A DNA stretch of 62,468 nt, the filler included. It is 5 parts of 5 records of this genome, joined end to end, with 100 filler letters (N's around TTAATTAATTAA, not from the genome) between each part and the next. Parts side by side here need not be neighbours in the genome. Positions count along the whole stretch, not along the records: positions 27,375 to 59,298 come from SRR20825010_5511; 4 more parts are not named here. One strand, 5' to 3'. Below, in pieces: positions 27,375 to 38,392 of this stretch. Position numbers and translations under genes: made by a program. A model generated the notes under the pieces. The model was not told the origin of the DNA and searched no databases. It saw only the letters and a program-made list of their open reading frames with translations. Positions within the stretch are counted from its first letter, which is position 1. The number at the start of each line of letters is the position of its first letter.

Positions 27375-29574
27375 CACCAATTATCGCCCCTACAAATACT
27401 ATAATCAGGAAAGGTTTATTAATGATAGTGGTAATGCGTGCTACTGAAGCACCCAAAACTTTCCTGATGCCCATTTCCTTAGTCCGACTTTGAATATTGA
27501 TCGATACCAACGTAAATAAGCCCACAGCAGATAGAATTACAGCTATGACAGAAAGGAACAGAAAAATCTTCACAATATTTCCGTTGATTTCTCGCGCTTC
27601 ACCCAATATGTTCTCTTCCTGTAAAAACCCTTCATAAGGACGCTCAGTAATGATTTCGCTCCATTTTTCGCCAATGAATGCGTTTACAGTACTCACGTTT
27701 TTAGAATTTGACCTTACGATTAGGTTAGTCACTTCTGTATCTTTTCTGTACCTAATCATCGCGGGCTCTATACTTCCCCAAACCCCGTTGAGATAGAAAT
27801 CCTTTATCAGGCCCACTACGGTATAGCGTATGGTATCAAATAAAACAATTTGTTGCCCAACTGTATTTTCTGGTGCCCAGCCGAAAGAAGAAGCCATTTT
27901 CTCATTGACCAAAATTGAGTTTTGGCGGTCTGTTTCTTGGTTCTCTAGGTTAAAGCTTCGGCCTTGTAATAATTTTATACCTGCCGTTTCTATATAGTTT
28001 GTCCCAAAATCTAGGATTCCAACCTCCAGTTCAGTATCTCCATTTTTCACTGGTCTTTCGCCATAACCCCAACCAATGTGGTTATTCATCGTTCCAATAT
28101 TTTCGATCATTGGGTTGGACGCAATTGCATTTTTAAGTTGCCGTGCCTCGGTATTACTGGCAGTGGTTACCACAATTAAATTGCTCTTATCATAACCTTG
28201 ATCCAGCCTTTCTTGGTACCGTGCATTCTGAACAAAAGCAACTCCTGATACCAAGGCCATTACCGAAATCAAAAACTGAAATGAAAGTAGTACTTTGGCC
28301 AAAATAGAAGAGCTACCCACCTTCAAAGTACCCCTAAGAATAGAGACAGGCCTGTAACCACTCACAAATAGTGCGGGATAGCCGCCAGCCATAAAAGCTG
28401 TAATGACCAGCACAAAAACTAAGAACAGAATGAGTCCTGGGTTCTGAGATAAGGCCAGAACAAGTGTAATCCCTGGCCACAGATCACTGTAAATGGGCAC
28501 CAGCCAAGTGGCTACAGTCAAGCCAACAATCAGAGCCAAAAAACACAGAATAAGATTTTCTCCCAAAAATTGAAATACCAATTGACCTCTGCTCCCCCCT
28601 ACGGTTTTTCTAACTCCTATCTCCTTAAGCCGCTTATTCGACATGGCAATGGCTGTATTGGTGAAATTAAAACAGGCCAAAAGCAAAATCAGAACAGCCA
28701 TAACGTTAGGCGCAACAATAGCAGCAGGGTTCATGGCTTGCCATAATCCACCACCGTTCAAATCCCTTTGGTTTTCTGGTGCTTCTGCCATCGTCTGAAT
28801 CCAAAAGTCAGAGATCATAAAGTCTGGCCTCTTTTCATTCTGAACTGCGACATATTTATTAATGGCATTAGGAATAGAGTAAGCTACTGCGGGATCTTCA
28901 GACTGGATAAATATAGCATCTAAAAAAACACCCCAATCCGTTCTATCTATTTGAAAAATGGTAAAGATGTTTTCAAAATTCATCAGCATCTGAAACTGCA
29001 TCAATGTATTTTCTGGAATAGATTCGAAAACACCACCAACAGTATATAGCCAATTAGCACCGTTATTATTGATTAATTCCACAGTTTCACCTACAGGATT
29101 CACATCTCCAAAAAGAGCAATGGCGGTAGGTTCAGAGAGCATGACCTTACTGCGATCCTTTAAACTTTCCTTATTACCCCACTTGAGAGGATAGGTGAAA
29201 ACATCTAAGTAATTATCATCTGCGAATGATATGCTCCTATTGAAAACTTGATTATCTCTTTTTACAGTAATTCCTCTGCCTTCGAATCGAGTGACAGCTT
29301 TGAGGCCAGTAATTTCACTTTTGATGATTTCGCCCGCCATCATAGGTACAAAATTATAGGGCACTTGATTTCCTTGAATCTGCCGCTTCATGCTCACTTG
29401 ATAAATCTCATTTTTGTTCAAATGATTGTCATCGAATGTTTTAGCAAAGTCATAATTAAGGTAAGCGACAATGCAACAGCCCAATGCCAAACCTAACCCT
29501 AAAATATTAACGAAGACAAATAGCTTGCTTTTGAGCAAGCTACGAAGGGTTACTTTGAAAAAATTCTTGAACAT
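27375..29574 (-). CDS. MacB/FtsX-type ABC transporter permease, 3'-truncated
   Basis: NILGLGLALG, KRLKEIGVRKTVGG and RTKEMGIRKVLGAS duplicated FtsX motifs. Confidence 0.92.
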
Positions 29575-29742
29575 GGCCTAGAGTTTTGATTTGAGTAACT
29601 CGAAGATGCGCAAACCAAAACAAAGGTTGCTTCCAATCAAGTGATCAACTTACCATCAAAGTATGAAACCCAACATACCTTCTAATATTGGCGTTGTTTT
29701 TATCTTCTAATTGTTACTTTTACCAACAAATAAAATCACCTT

Positions 29743-30837
29743 ATGGAAACGGAATTGAAAAAAGTTGCCCTTAACGATCTCCACGAAAAACTTGGAGCTA
29801 AAATGGTCCCCTTTGCAGGTTACAACATGCCTGTTCGCTATTCATCTGATTTAGAAGAACACAACACTGTAAGGAATGGCGTTGGCGTTTTTGATGTTTC
29901 TCACATGGGTGAATTTGTTTTGGAAGGCCCTGAAGCACTTGACCTCATTCAGCGCGTAACGAGTAACGATGCCTCTAAATTGGTAGATGGCCAAGCGCAA
30001 TACTCTTACTTGCCAAATGAAGATGGCGGTGTAGTTGACGATCTTTTGGTGTACAAATTCAAGGATGAAAAATACATGCTTGTTGTAAATGCTTCCAATA
30101 TTGAAAAGGATTGGAACTGGATCAGCAAGTACAACACTAAAGGTGCAACAATGAAAAACGTGTCGGACAACCATTCACTTTTTGCTGTTCAAGGTCCTAA
30201 AGCCGTTGAAGCACTTCAATCACTTACTTCTGTAAACCTTTCCGAAATTAAGTTTTACAATTTTGTTGTTGGCCCACTTGCAGGCGTAGAGCACGTAATC
30301 ATTTCCGCTACTGGTTATACTGGTGCTGGAGGTTTCGAACTTTATGTAAGCAACCAATATGCTGAGCAAGTTTGGAAAGCTATTTTCGAAGCAGGTGCCG
30401 AATTTGATATTAAGCCAATTGGACTGGGTGCTAGAGATACACTACGTTTAGAAATGGGTTATTGTCTTTACGGAAACGACATAACTGACGAAACTTCTCC
30501 ATTAGAAGCGGGATTAGGTTGGGTAACTAAATTCACCAAAGAATTTACTAACTCTAAAAACCTTCAAGCGCAAAAAGAAGCAGGCGTTAAGCGTAAACTT
30601 GTTGCTTTTAAAATGATCGATAAAGGTATTCCAAGAAGCCATTATGCACTTGAAGATGCCAACGAAAACCCTATCGGAGAAGTAACTTCTGGCACCATGT
30701 CACCTTCATTAGGTTACGGAGTTGGATTGGGCTATGTAACGCTCGAAAACTCGAAAGTAGGCACTGAAATCTTTGTAGCGGTAAGAAATAGAAAGCTTAT
30801 AGCCGAAGTGATTAAACTTCCCTTTTATAAAGCTTAA
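29743..30837 (+). CDS. gcvT: Glycine cleavage aminomethyltransferase
   Basis: [20 protein letters not shown] and [11 protein letters not shown] motifs. Confidence 0.97.
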   Translation: METELKKVALNDLHEKLGAKMVPFAGYNMPVRYSSDLEEHNTVRNGVGVFDVSHMGEFVLEGPEALDLIQRVTSNDASKLVDGQAQYSYLPNEDGGVVDDLLVYKFKDEKYMLVVNASNIEKDWNWISKYNTKGATMKNVSDNHSLFAVQGPKAVEALQSLTSVNLSEIKFYNFVVGPLAGVEHVIISATGYTGAGGFELYVSNQYAEQVWKAIFEAGAEFDIKPIGLGARDTLRLEMGYCLYGNDITDETSPLEAGLGWVTKFTKEFTNSKNLQAQKEAGVKRKLVAFKMIDKGIPRSHYALEDANENPIGEVTSGTMSPSLGYGVGLGYVTLENSKVGTEIFVAVRNRKLIAEVIKLPFYKA

Positions 30838-30862
30838 TTGCAGCTGCATTTAGCACCAATAC

Positions 30863-31561
30863 ATGAAAATAGACGTTTGTTATACCCCAGACCTTATCCA
30901 TCAATTTGAGGTTGAAAATAAAACCGTTGTAGTCATTGATATCCTCAGGGCTACTTCGTGTATGGTGGCTGGATTGGGTTCGGGTATACAATCAATCACC
31001 CCAGTAGCCACCGTTGAAGAATGTGAGGTACTGGGTACCCAAGGCTATATCATGGCGGGTGAGCGTGGTGGAGAAAAGATAGAACAGTTCCATATCGGTA
31101 ACTCTCCTTTTGACTACATGAAACCCGAGCTGAAAGGAAAAAAAGTAGCCACCACCACCACCAATGGCACACATGCCATTGAACTTTCAAAAAATGCGAA
31201 AGAAGTGATTATTGGGTCTTTCCTCAACCTCAATGCGGTGGTAAATCACCTTATGAAATCGCAAAACGATATTTTGCTTTTTTGCGCTGGTTGGAAAGGA
31301 AGGTACAATTTGGAGGACAGTCTTTTCGCTGGAGCGGTTTGTAATGCATTAAAGCAAAATGCTGAATTAGAAAGTGATTCGGCATTATGTGCTTTTTTCT
31401 TATATCAGTCGATGGCTACCGATCTTGCTTATTACATCAACAGAAGTAATCACGCAGCCAGGCTTTCTAAATTCAAAGTAAAAGAGGACATCGAGTATTG
31501 TGCAAGACTGGACGAATTCAATGTTGTACCGAAATTAATCGGTTCAGAACTCACGGTTTAG
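30863..31561 (+). CDS. comB: 2-phosphosulfolactate phosphatase family protein
   Basis: VVIDILRATS, GERGG, GNSP, TTTNGT and LEDSLFAG motifs. Confidence 0.9.
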   Translation: MKIDVCYTPDLIHQFEVENKTVVVIDILRATSCMVAGLGSGIQSITPVATVEECEVLGTQGYIMAGERGGEKIEQFHIGNSPFDYMKPELKGKKVATTTTNGTHAIELSKNAKEVIIGSFLNLNAVVNHLMKSQNDILLFCAGWKGRYNLEDSLFAGAVCNALKQNAELESDSALCAFFLYQSMATDLAYYINRSNHAARLSKFKVKEDIEYCARLDEFNVVPKLIGSELTV

Positions 31562-31568
31562 AAACTGG

Positions 31569-32369
31569 CTAGGCCTGCTTGGCCAAAGGTTTTTTAATTT
31601 CTTCAGGATCCAAATCCACTTGAACTTCTGCATTCTTTAATACATTCTTGAGCCTGTTGCTTCTTTCCCTTAAGCCATATACCCAACGGTTGATCGGCTG
31701 AAAAATCTTCGGCAGGTCATTACGAAACACATCACAGAACAATACCACTCTGGTTTCATTGGTCTTGTTCCAAACGGCATGTTGGAAGGTATCATCGAAC
31801 AACACATCCTCGCCCTCTTTCCAATCGTATCGCTGTCCGCCATCAATGATATAGCATTCGCCTTCTTTTGGAATAACCAAGCCCAAATGATAGCGCCAAA
31901 CACCTTTATAAAACCCGTTGTGTGGTGGAATATGCTTTCTGGGGCCAATAATGGAAAACATTGCGGTAGTAACTCCAGGGATTTGTTTTAATAACGCAGC
32001 CGTTTTTGGAGCCTTTTCACAGTTAGCAGTCTGCCAGTTATCATAAGCTTTAAACATAAATACCCTCCACGCAGCCTTGTCTTTGTCGGAAACGAACCGT
32101 TGAATTTTGTCTACTTCGTGAAACTTAGGGATATTGTTTTCATTCTTCAACACTTCAATAAGTTCCTCTTGAATTACTTTCCAATTGTCCTTTAAAAGTT
32201 GGTGATCGGGGAAGAATTCATCCAAATCCACAATAGGTGGGTTCTTTTTAAAAAGGCGTAACACTAGTGAAAATGTAATGGCAATAAGGCTGGGCTCCAC
32301 AAAATAGAGTACCACATTCAAAAAAATAAAGGCCAATATAACTATGCCTAAAATCTGTAAAACGATCAT
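31569..32369 (-). CDS. Aspartyl/asparaginyl beta-hydroxylase domain protein (LpxO/OlsC-like)
   Basis: N-terminal TM; AMFS, HIPPH, RYHLGL, FDDTFQHAVWN and RVVLFCD motifs. Confidence 0.88.
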   Translation of the reverse strand: MIVLQILGIVILAFIFLNVVLYFVEPSLIAITFSLVLRLFKKNPPIVDLDEFFPDHQLLKDNWKVIQEELIEVLKNENNIPKFHEVDKIQRFVSDKDKAAWRVFMFKAYDNWQTANCEKAPKTAALLKQIPGVTTAMFSIIGPRKHIPPHNGFYKGVWRYHLGLVIPKEGECYIIDGGQRYDWKEGEDVLFDDTFQHAVWNKTNETRVVLFCDVFRNDLPKIFQPINRWVYGLRERSNRLKNVLKNAEVQVDLDPEEIKKPLAKQA

Positions 32370-32479
32370 GACTTAGTAGTGATTTTAATTAAAAAAAGTA
32401 GTTAAATCTCAACCAGTCTACACTGGTATCTCACAAAAAGTTCAACCTCATTTCTCCTTCAATTGTTCAACAATACTAT

Positions 32480-32824
32480 TTATGAGTTTAATTTCTCATT
32501 ATTCTTATGTCTGTCTTTATCTCTTTCCGTCTTCTTAGCCATTTTTAAATCCCAAGCAGCTTGTAAATCCGTTCCTGTTTGATTGGCCAAACAGACCACT
32601 ACGAACATTACATCGGCCAGCTCCTCACCTAAATCCTTATCCTTATCCGACTCTTTCTCAGACTGTTCTCCGTACCTGCGTGCGATAATTCGAGCAACCT
32701 CCCCTACTTCTTCGGTCAACTGCGCCATATTGGTGAGCTCATTGAAATAGCGAACCCCAAACTCCTTGATCCAATTGTCAACTTCCTTTTGAACGGTAGT
32801 AATTCCTTTCGATTGCTCAGTCAT
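32480..32824 (-). CDS. MazG-like nucleotide pyrophosphohydrolase (YpjD family)
   Basis: LTEEVGEVAR and EELAD motifs. Confidence 0.9.
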   Translation of the reverse strand: MTEQSKGITTVQKEVDNWIKEFGVRYFNELTNMAQLTEEVGEVARIIARRYGEQSEKESDKDKDLGEELADVMFVVVCLANQTGTDLQAAWDLKMAKKTERDKDRHKNNEKLNS

Positions 32825-33276
32825 TATTTTTTGTCTTTAGTATCAATTATTATAGTCACCGGGCCATCGTTTATCAAGGCCACTTTCATATCTGCACCAA
32901 AATCTCCTGAGCCAATAGGCTTCCCTAAATCCGCAGCCATCTGTGTCTTAAACGCTTCGTAAAGCGGAATGGCTACATCAGGCTTCGCTGCTTTAATGTA
33001 TGAAGGTCGATTGCCCTTTTTAGTGCTGGCGTGCAGCGTAAACTGGCTAATCACCAAAGCTTCGCCATCTACATCAATCAAGCTTTTATTCATCACGCCC
33101 TCTTCATCTTCAAAAATGCGCATGTTCACTATTTTACGGCTGAGCCATTCAATATCCTCATGATTATCGGCCTCTTCTATGCCAATTAAAATCATTAAAC
33201 CTCTTCCAATAGCAGCCTTCACTTGGCCATCTATGGTTACCGATGATTCGGAAACATGTTGTATAACTGCGATCAT
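32824..33276 (-). CDS. dtd: D-aminoacyl-tRNA deacylase
   Basis: SQFTL, KGNRPS and NDGPVT motifs. Confidence 0.96.
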   Translation of the reverse strand: MIAVIQHVSESSVTIDGQVKAAIGRGLMILIGIEEADNHEDIEWLSRKIVNMRIFEDEEGVMNKSLIDVDGEALVISQFTLHASTKKGNRPSYIKAAKPDVAIPLYEAFKTQMAADLGKPIGSGDFGADMKVALINDGPVTIIIDTKDKK

Positions 33277-33337
33277 ATCAATGCAAAAAACCCTATTAAT
33301 AAAATAGGATTCAAGTAATTTAGTTAAATTTCAAACT

Positions 33338-34525
33338 ATGCGAATTAGGTTATTTTGGCTGGCCATTTTTTCAAGCATTACTGTGGCTGCCTTCCTTTTC
33401 TATAAAAACACACAAGCGCCCATCACTTATGGTTTAGCGCCTGCTTTTGACGGAAACGACTACACGCATATTTACCACTATTTTGTGGGTTTAGAAGAAA
33501 ATTACCAAGTTCCTTTTCCTTTTAACGGACGAATTTTAGTACCCTGGCTGGCCGCCCAAATCGACTCGGGGAATATGATTCAAGATTTTCAATGGGTGAA
33601 TTTATTTTTCACTTTGGCTTCTATCATTGCGCTATTCACCCTGTGGCGCCAAATGGGTTTTGAGCTAAAATGGTTTATGGCTGGCTTTTTTTGGCTGCTC
33701 TTTCATTGGACGGGCATCATCCGCCTGAATGCCTTCGATCCGGTTACAGTTGATCTTCCGCTCTACCTTTTTCAGACTTTGCTTTTACTCATTATTCTGA
33801 AAAGAAAATTCGTTTGGCTACTGATTCTGGCTCCTTTTGCAACGACTCAAAAAGAATCGTTCTTGGCCTTAGTGGTTATACTCACGGCTTACGGTATTTG
33901 GCACAACCGAAAAACAGAAGAAGGCTACTACCCTATTCCATTATTAATTTCAGCACTTGCGCTTTCACTCATTACTAAATTCTCTATAGCATATTATTTT
34001 CCACCCGTTGAAGAAGGAAAAGGAGTAATCATCACCTTGCTCTACCATGCCAAAGAAGCCATCCTCCACCCTTTTGAGATTGTACGCTGGTTGGTCGCCA
34101 TGTTTGTGGCTTTTGGGCCTGCTTTGTTCTTGGCTGGAAGAAAATATGCGCTGACCAATCGTTATGACAATACCCGAAATGTGCTTCTGATTTTTACGTT
34201 TACCTATTTAGCTTTCGGTATTTTGGCAGGTGGCGATATGACGCGCATTATCTATCTCGGATTTCCTTTCATTGCCACTTGGGTCATGTATGAGCTGCGC
34301 GAAATGAAAACCAAACCTTTGTTGATTCTTGGGCTTTTGTTCCTCCCATTAATGATGCTCCACCAACACATTCCAGACCCCGCTTATCAAATGGACTTAT
34401 GGGAAAGCTGGTATCCTGAGTTTGCCAATGCCAGTATAGTATTGATGTATTTGGGTTATGCGGTTATTTCCACGGTGATCTGTATACGTGTAAATCAGGT
34501 CGCTCCTACGGAGCTTAAAAAATAA
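33338..34525 (+). CDS. Multi-pass membrane protein, possibly GT-C-like
   Basis: About ten TM helices; first loop FDGNDY...PFNGRILVPWL; KES and GDMTR motifs. Confidence 0.7.
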   Translation: MRIRLFWLAIFSSITVAAFLFYKNTQAPITYGLAPAFDGNDYTHIYHYFVGLEENYQVPFPFNGRILVPWLAAQIDSGNMIQDFQWVNLFFTLASIIALFTLWRQMGFELKWFMAGFFWLLFHWTGIIRLNAFDPVTVDLPLYLFQTLLLLIILKRKFVWLLILAPFATTQKESFLALVVILTAYGIWHNRKTEEGYYPIPLLISALALSLITKFSIAYYFPPVEEGKGVIITLLYHAKEAILHPFEIVRWLVAMFVAFGPALFLAGRKYALTNRYDNTRNVLLIFTFTYLAFGILAGGDMTRIIYLGFPFIATWVMYELREMKTKPLLILGLLFLPLMMLHQHIPDPAYQMDLWESWYPEFANASIVLMYLGYAVISTVICIRVNQVAPTELKK

Positions 34526-34713
34526 ACCTCAAACCTATCATTCTACAAGCAGGTCGTCCCGTTGGGACTTTTGGTAATGTAGTTAGACTCAGGACGGCTT
34601 TCAAATTCACAATTAAAAATGAAACTTAATGCGAAAAATCCCAGAGGGGTGAACTGTTTGTAATACCTTAAAACCTCAAAAACATTAGCCCCAGCGGGGC
34701 GACCTTTTAAGTA
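34489..34713. repeat. Cluster of four REP-like 27-nt units (two minus, two plus)
   Basis: 34489-34515(-) AGCTCCGTAGGAGCGACCTGATTTACA; 34543-34569(-) AGTCCCAACGGGACGACCTGCTTGTAG; 34637-34663(+) AATCCCAGAGGGGTGAACTGTTTGTAA; 34687-34713(+) AGCCCCAGCGGGGCGACCTTTTAAGTA. Confidence 0.8.
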
Positions 34714-34787
34714 AAAAAACAGACCATTAACACGGTTCTCCTTTTGGCAATTTTTGCAAGTATATTTTAGACAAAGTAGAAATCGTA

Positions 34788-35438
34788 TCACATCTTCTGC
34801 ATAATTTCCGACTGGTAATAATAGCAGCCTTTGTCGTGTTGTTGGGCTACTTTCATCATGGCGTCTGCTACTTTATCGGCATGAATGGGACGGTATTTTT
34901 TCCACGGACCAACAAAAGGAATAATGCGTGTGATCAGCTGCGCAAACTTTTCTCCAGGTCGGCTTTCGCTGCGATTGCCACGGAGTAAGCTCGGTTTAAA
35001 AATATAGATGGTTCGGTAATCCAGAAATGAGAGTTTGTCTTCTAACTCGCCCTTCACACGATTGTAAAAATAATTTGAGTTCTTATCTGAGCCCATGGCT
35101 GACACCAAGAAATACCTTTCGGCACCAGACTTTAACGCCCTTTCTGCCAAATTGTAGCAGTAGGTAAAATCCACCTTATAAAAAGCTTCCTTCGATCCAG
35201 CTTTCTTTATGGTCGTTCCCAAGCAGCAGAAAATATCATCTGCCGTGGGGAAGTCTTCCATGTTTTCTAGCTGATCGAAATCAACATTTAGCTCGGCATA
35301 TTTCTCATCCGAAATACCCAAAGGTTTTCTAACCAGCGCTATGACCTTAGCGTACTGGTTGCTGTTCAATAAATTCTGAGTGAGTGACCGGCCAATCAAT
35401 CCGCTTGCACCGGCAACGATTGCTGTTTTTTGTTCCAT
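34788..35438 (-). CDS. NAD(P)-binding oxidoreductase (TIP30/CC3, YraR-like)
   Basis: GASGLIG, FCCLGTTIKKAGS, VDF and YNRVKGE motifs. Confidence 0.88.
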   Translation of the reverse strand: MEQKTAIVAGASGLIGRSLTQNLLNSNQYAKVIALVRKPLGISDEKYAELNVDFDQLENMEDFPTADDIFCCLGTTIKKAGSKEAFYKVDFTYCYNLAERALKSGAERYFLVSAMGSDKNSNYFYNRVKGELEDKLSFLDYRTIYIFKPSLLRGNRSESRPGEKFAQLITRIIPFVGPWKKYRPIHADKVADAMMKVAQQHDKGCYYYQSEIMQKM

Positions 35439-36034
35439 AACTCTAATTTAGCCAAAAATTCATTCTGTAGAGTTATACCTTTATCTTGAGCGTACCACAA
35501 ATGCAAATACACTGCAAATTCAGCTGCACTGCGCTCTTGCGTCTTTTTATTCTCTAAAAATTCATTCTGAATTACGGTAGGTCTTGGCCCCCAATCGCCT
35601 AATACAGTTAAATCCGCAGGATCGAGGCCAATAACTTTCGGGATTGAGCGACCACCATCGGTTAAGAATTGATCGATTACTTCTGGGTGCTCATCGCGGA
35701 GAATCACCTTCATTTCTAAAAACGGATTGAGCTGTGTCATTTTATAAATGAATGGTAAGCTTTGAGCCGCATCGCCACACCAGCCTTCGGTAATAACTAA
35801 TAATGTGAGCGGGGTAGAAATGTTGTGCAGACGCTCTTGAGTTTCTGTAGAAAGCTTTCCAATTTTTGTCCACTTTTTCATGCGCTTGTCATTCATTCGC
35901 GCATAATTAAACATCGCCTCCGACTGGTTTTCTCCAGTGGTTTTTTCTTCCGCTAATAAGCCACTAAGCAAGCCTAAATACTGCTCGTAACTCATTGCAT
36001 TTTCTAATAAATCTTTGGTGATCAAGCTTTCCAT
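35396..36034 (-). CDS. Thioredoxin-fold protein (WCGD type)
   Basis: TEGWCGDA, GGRSIP and WGPRP motifs. Confidence 0.88.
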   Translation of the reverse strand: MESLITKDLLENAMSYEQYLGLLSGLLAEEKTTGENQSEAMFNYARMNDKRMKKWTKIGKLSTETQERLHNISTPLTLLVITEGWCGDAAQSLPFIYKMTQLNPFLEMKVILRDEHPEVIDQFLTDGGRSIPKVIGLDPADLTVLGDWGPRPTVIQNEFLENKKTQERSAAEFAVYLHLWYAQDKGITLQNEFLAKLELWNKKQQSLPVQAD

Positions 36035-36072
36035 AAGTCATGATTTTTGAATGACATTATGGAAACCGAAGC

Positions 36073-36495
36073 TTATTCAGAATCGTTCGTGTCTTCCCAT
36101 TTTTTAAAACGAGAAACGTCATCCCTGAAACTTTTACCTAGCCAAACCAGTACAGTGGCATCATCTATAAGTCCGGCCACAGGAATGAAGTCGGGAATAG
36201 CATCGATTGGAGTAATGAAATAAATCAAACCAGCAACAAACATAACAATGGTTTGCCAAGGGGTTTCGGTATAAACGCCTTTTACGTAGCTAGAAATCAT
36301 GCGCATAATCAAGGATAGAAACTCAACGATTTTGCCTTTCAATGAATCATCGCTGCTGCTAGCTTCCATCTTTTTTTGTGTATCGGCCAAAAGCTCTTTC
36401 AGCTTTACACGGTCATTCACAATCTTGCCCGCTTTGGCTTTCATTTTGTCAAAGAACCGCTCTTCTCTTTCGTTTAAATCCTTCTCCTTACTCAT
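36073..36495 (-). CDS. YkvA/DUF1232 family protein
   Basis: YFITPIDAIPDFIPVAGLIDD motif. Confidence 0.9.
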   Translation of the reverse strand: MSKEKDLNEREERFFDKMKAKAGKIVNDRVKLKELLADTQKKMEASSSDDSLKGKIVEFLSLIMRMISSYVKGVYTETPWQTIVMFVAGLIYFITPIDAIPDFIPVAGLIDDATVLVWLGKSFRDDVSRFKKWEDTNDSE

Positions 36496-36501
36496 ACACG
36501 A

Positions 36502-37029
36502 TCAAAAAACTTGTCTAATTTCATTTTTCACAAAAGTGAGCGTATCGCCCACAGGGTCACGCTCTAATTTCATCATCTTATCGAAAATTGCTTGCGATAA
36601 ATCAATGGCATTGTTTTCGGCCTTCATTTCTTGGGAAGCATCTTGAACAACCGCGATGATAATGTTCACTGTATCCCTTACTAGCTTCCAGGCCTCATCA
36701 CTCATGTAAACCTGCTGCGAGAGGTTATGGTTTAGTTCTTCACCGATTTCATTCAACAATAAATGCTGGAACTCGAAAGCATTGATGCCGGGGTTGCTCA
36801 AGCGAAGCAGCATATTATTGGGTGAAATTCGTTCTAACAACAAACAAGTGCGCTCGTAGGCTTGCAATCGAATGGGCAGAATAGTGTCCGTAGTCTTCAT
36901 TTTCAGTCCAATCAATTGAGCATCAAACTGCTTTTGTAGAAAACTTCTGACGATTAAGTATACAGCATAAAGCACCAGACCCGCTGGAACTAAGATTTGA
37001 ATTAAATCGGTAAGGTATTCCATATTCAT
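36502..37029 (-). CDS. Conserved Bacteroidota hypothetical protein
   Basis: N-terminal TM; PIRLQAYER, LERISP and HNLSQQVYMS motifs. Confidence 0.8.
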   Translation of the reverse strand: MNMEYLTDLIQILVPAGLVLYAVYLIVRSFLQKQFDAQLIGLKMKTTDTILPIRLQAYERTCLLLERISPNNMLLRLSNPGINAFEFQHLLLNEIGEELNHNLSQQVYMSDEAWKLVRDTVNIIIAVVQDASQEMKAENNAIDLSQAIFDKMMKLERDPVGDTLTFVKNEIRQVF

Positions 37030-37151
37030 TTTTAAAGCGACATTCTGTTAGGCTGTCGGAAATTGTGAGTGAAAATAATGAGATTATTGGCCAAAGCCAT
37101 TGATGTAACTAGATTTTCATTTTTTCATTGCTTAAAAAGCTGCCAAATAAG

Positions 37152-38189
37152 CTAAAGGAAAAACCAAAAGTCGGTCACTGGCTGTTTTTCATATTCAGCT
37201 AAGCGTTTTATAATCTGCTCTTTCCCCTTTGGTGAGGCCACAACCACCATAATCTGCGGGTTTTCTAGTTCTTGTATAAAACTTACATGCTTCATAATCA
37301 CTCCGTACACATCCAACCCAATTTTCTTCTGATTATTACACACCCAATAAAATGGCTGATTCCTCTCCTGAAGAAGTTTGGCCATTTGCTTTCCGTTGGT
37401 ACCAGCACCCCAGAGCACCAAAGGCCTAGACTCGTCACGGTCGAGCTCGAAAAAATAACGCAGTTTCAAGTCGAAGTAACGGTTGTCTTTATACACCTCC
37501 AAAGTTCTTGAAATCCGGTCTGGCCGATCTCGCCAGTGGTTCATCACTTTGTTTAAGCCGATCACTTTTAATCCATGCTTGTAAAAGCGAAAGCATAGGT
37601 CATAGTCCTCTGGGTAAACTTCTGGATTGAAAGCCCCCACAGCATCGAAATCGTCTTTATGCATTAACCAGCACTGCGAAGGAATAGAGCACTCTTTGTA
37701 AATCTCCTGATAATGATTGTCATCTACTGCAATTTCATTTAACCAACGATCGTAACGCAAGAACCCCTCGCCCACTTGACCTTCATCCACAAAATGGGCT
37801 GTACCTCCAGCCACCACGGTGCCCTTCCCAAACTTCTGCCATTCCTCCACCAACACTTGTAATTTGTCCACAGGCATTATATCATCAGAATCCATCCGAT
37901 TAATTAATTCGCCTTGGGCAAAAGCATAACCATATTTTAAGGTAGGAATCAGGAAATTACGATCGCTATGGTACACTTTAATCCGATCATCCTTTTGTGC
38001 GTAAGCCTCTAAAATATTAGGCGTTTCGTCTGAAGAATGATCATTCACCGCAATCAATTCCCAATGCGGATAAGACTGAGCGATGATGGAATCGAGGCAT
38101 TCGGGTAGATAGGGCGCTGTGTCTTTGGCAGCCATAATAATGGAGACCAATGGCGATGTGCCAGGGCTATTTGAGTTCTTAGAATGCAT
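37152..38189 (-). CDS. Glycosyltransferase family 2
   Basis: VSIIM, VNDHSSD, RMDSDD and EDYDL motifs. Confidence 0.9.
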   Translation of the reverse strand: MHSKNSNSPGTSPLVSIIMAAKDTAPYLPECLDSIIAQSYPHWELIAVNDHSSDETPNILEAYAQKDDRIKVYHSDRNFLIPTLKYGYAFAQGELINRMDSDDIMPVDKLQVLVEEWQKFGKGTVVAGGTAHFVDEGQVGEGFLRYDRWLNEIAVDDNHYQEIYKECSIPSQCWLMHKDDFDAVGAFNPEVYPEDYDLCFRFYKHGLKVIGLNKVMNHWRDRPDRISRTLEVYKDNRYFDLKLRYFFELDRDESRPLVLWGAGTNGKQMAKLLQERNQPFYWVCNNQKKIGLDVYGVIMKHVSFIQELENPQIMVVVASPKGKEQIIKRLAEYEKQPVTDFWFFL

Positions 38190-38392
38190 GTTTCTTTTCA
38201 GCGGATTTTGTGAGTGCCGAAATCTGGAAAATTGAAATTACCGAATTAAAGGGGCAAAAGCACTGATATTGACATATTCTGAATTCAACCAATCGAGAAG
38301 GTCACTAAGTCTAAAAGATATCAACAACTTAAACAGAAGGAATGGAACATTATCAATTCTGACTAAGTTTACATTTCAAACAAAGCAGTGAT

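Noticed and set aside
29575..29742. Glycine riboswitch upstream of gcvT
   Set aside because: No GGAGA...CCGAAG...CTCTCAGG aptamer motifs are visible.
34489..34713. Repeat cluster read as a mini-CRISPR array
   Set aside because: Units are in opposite orientations, divergent in sequence and irregularly spaced, and no cas genes are present.
34543..34791. 82-aa ORF in the ORF track
   Set aside because: It runs across the REP-like units and has no recognisable motif; probably spurious.
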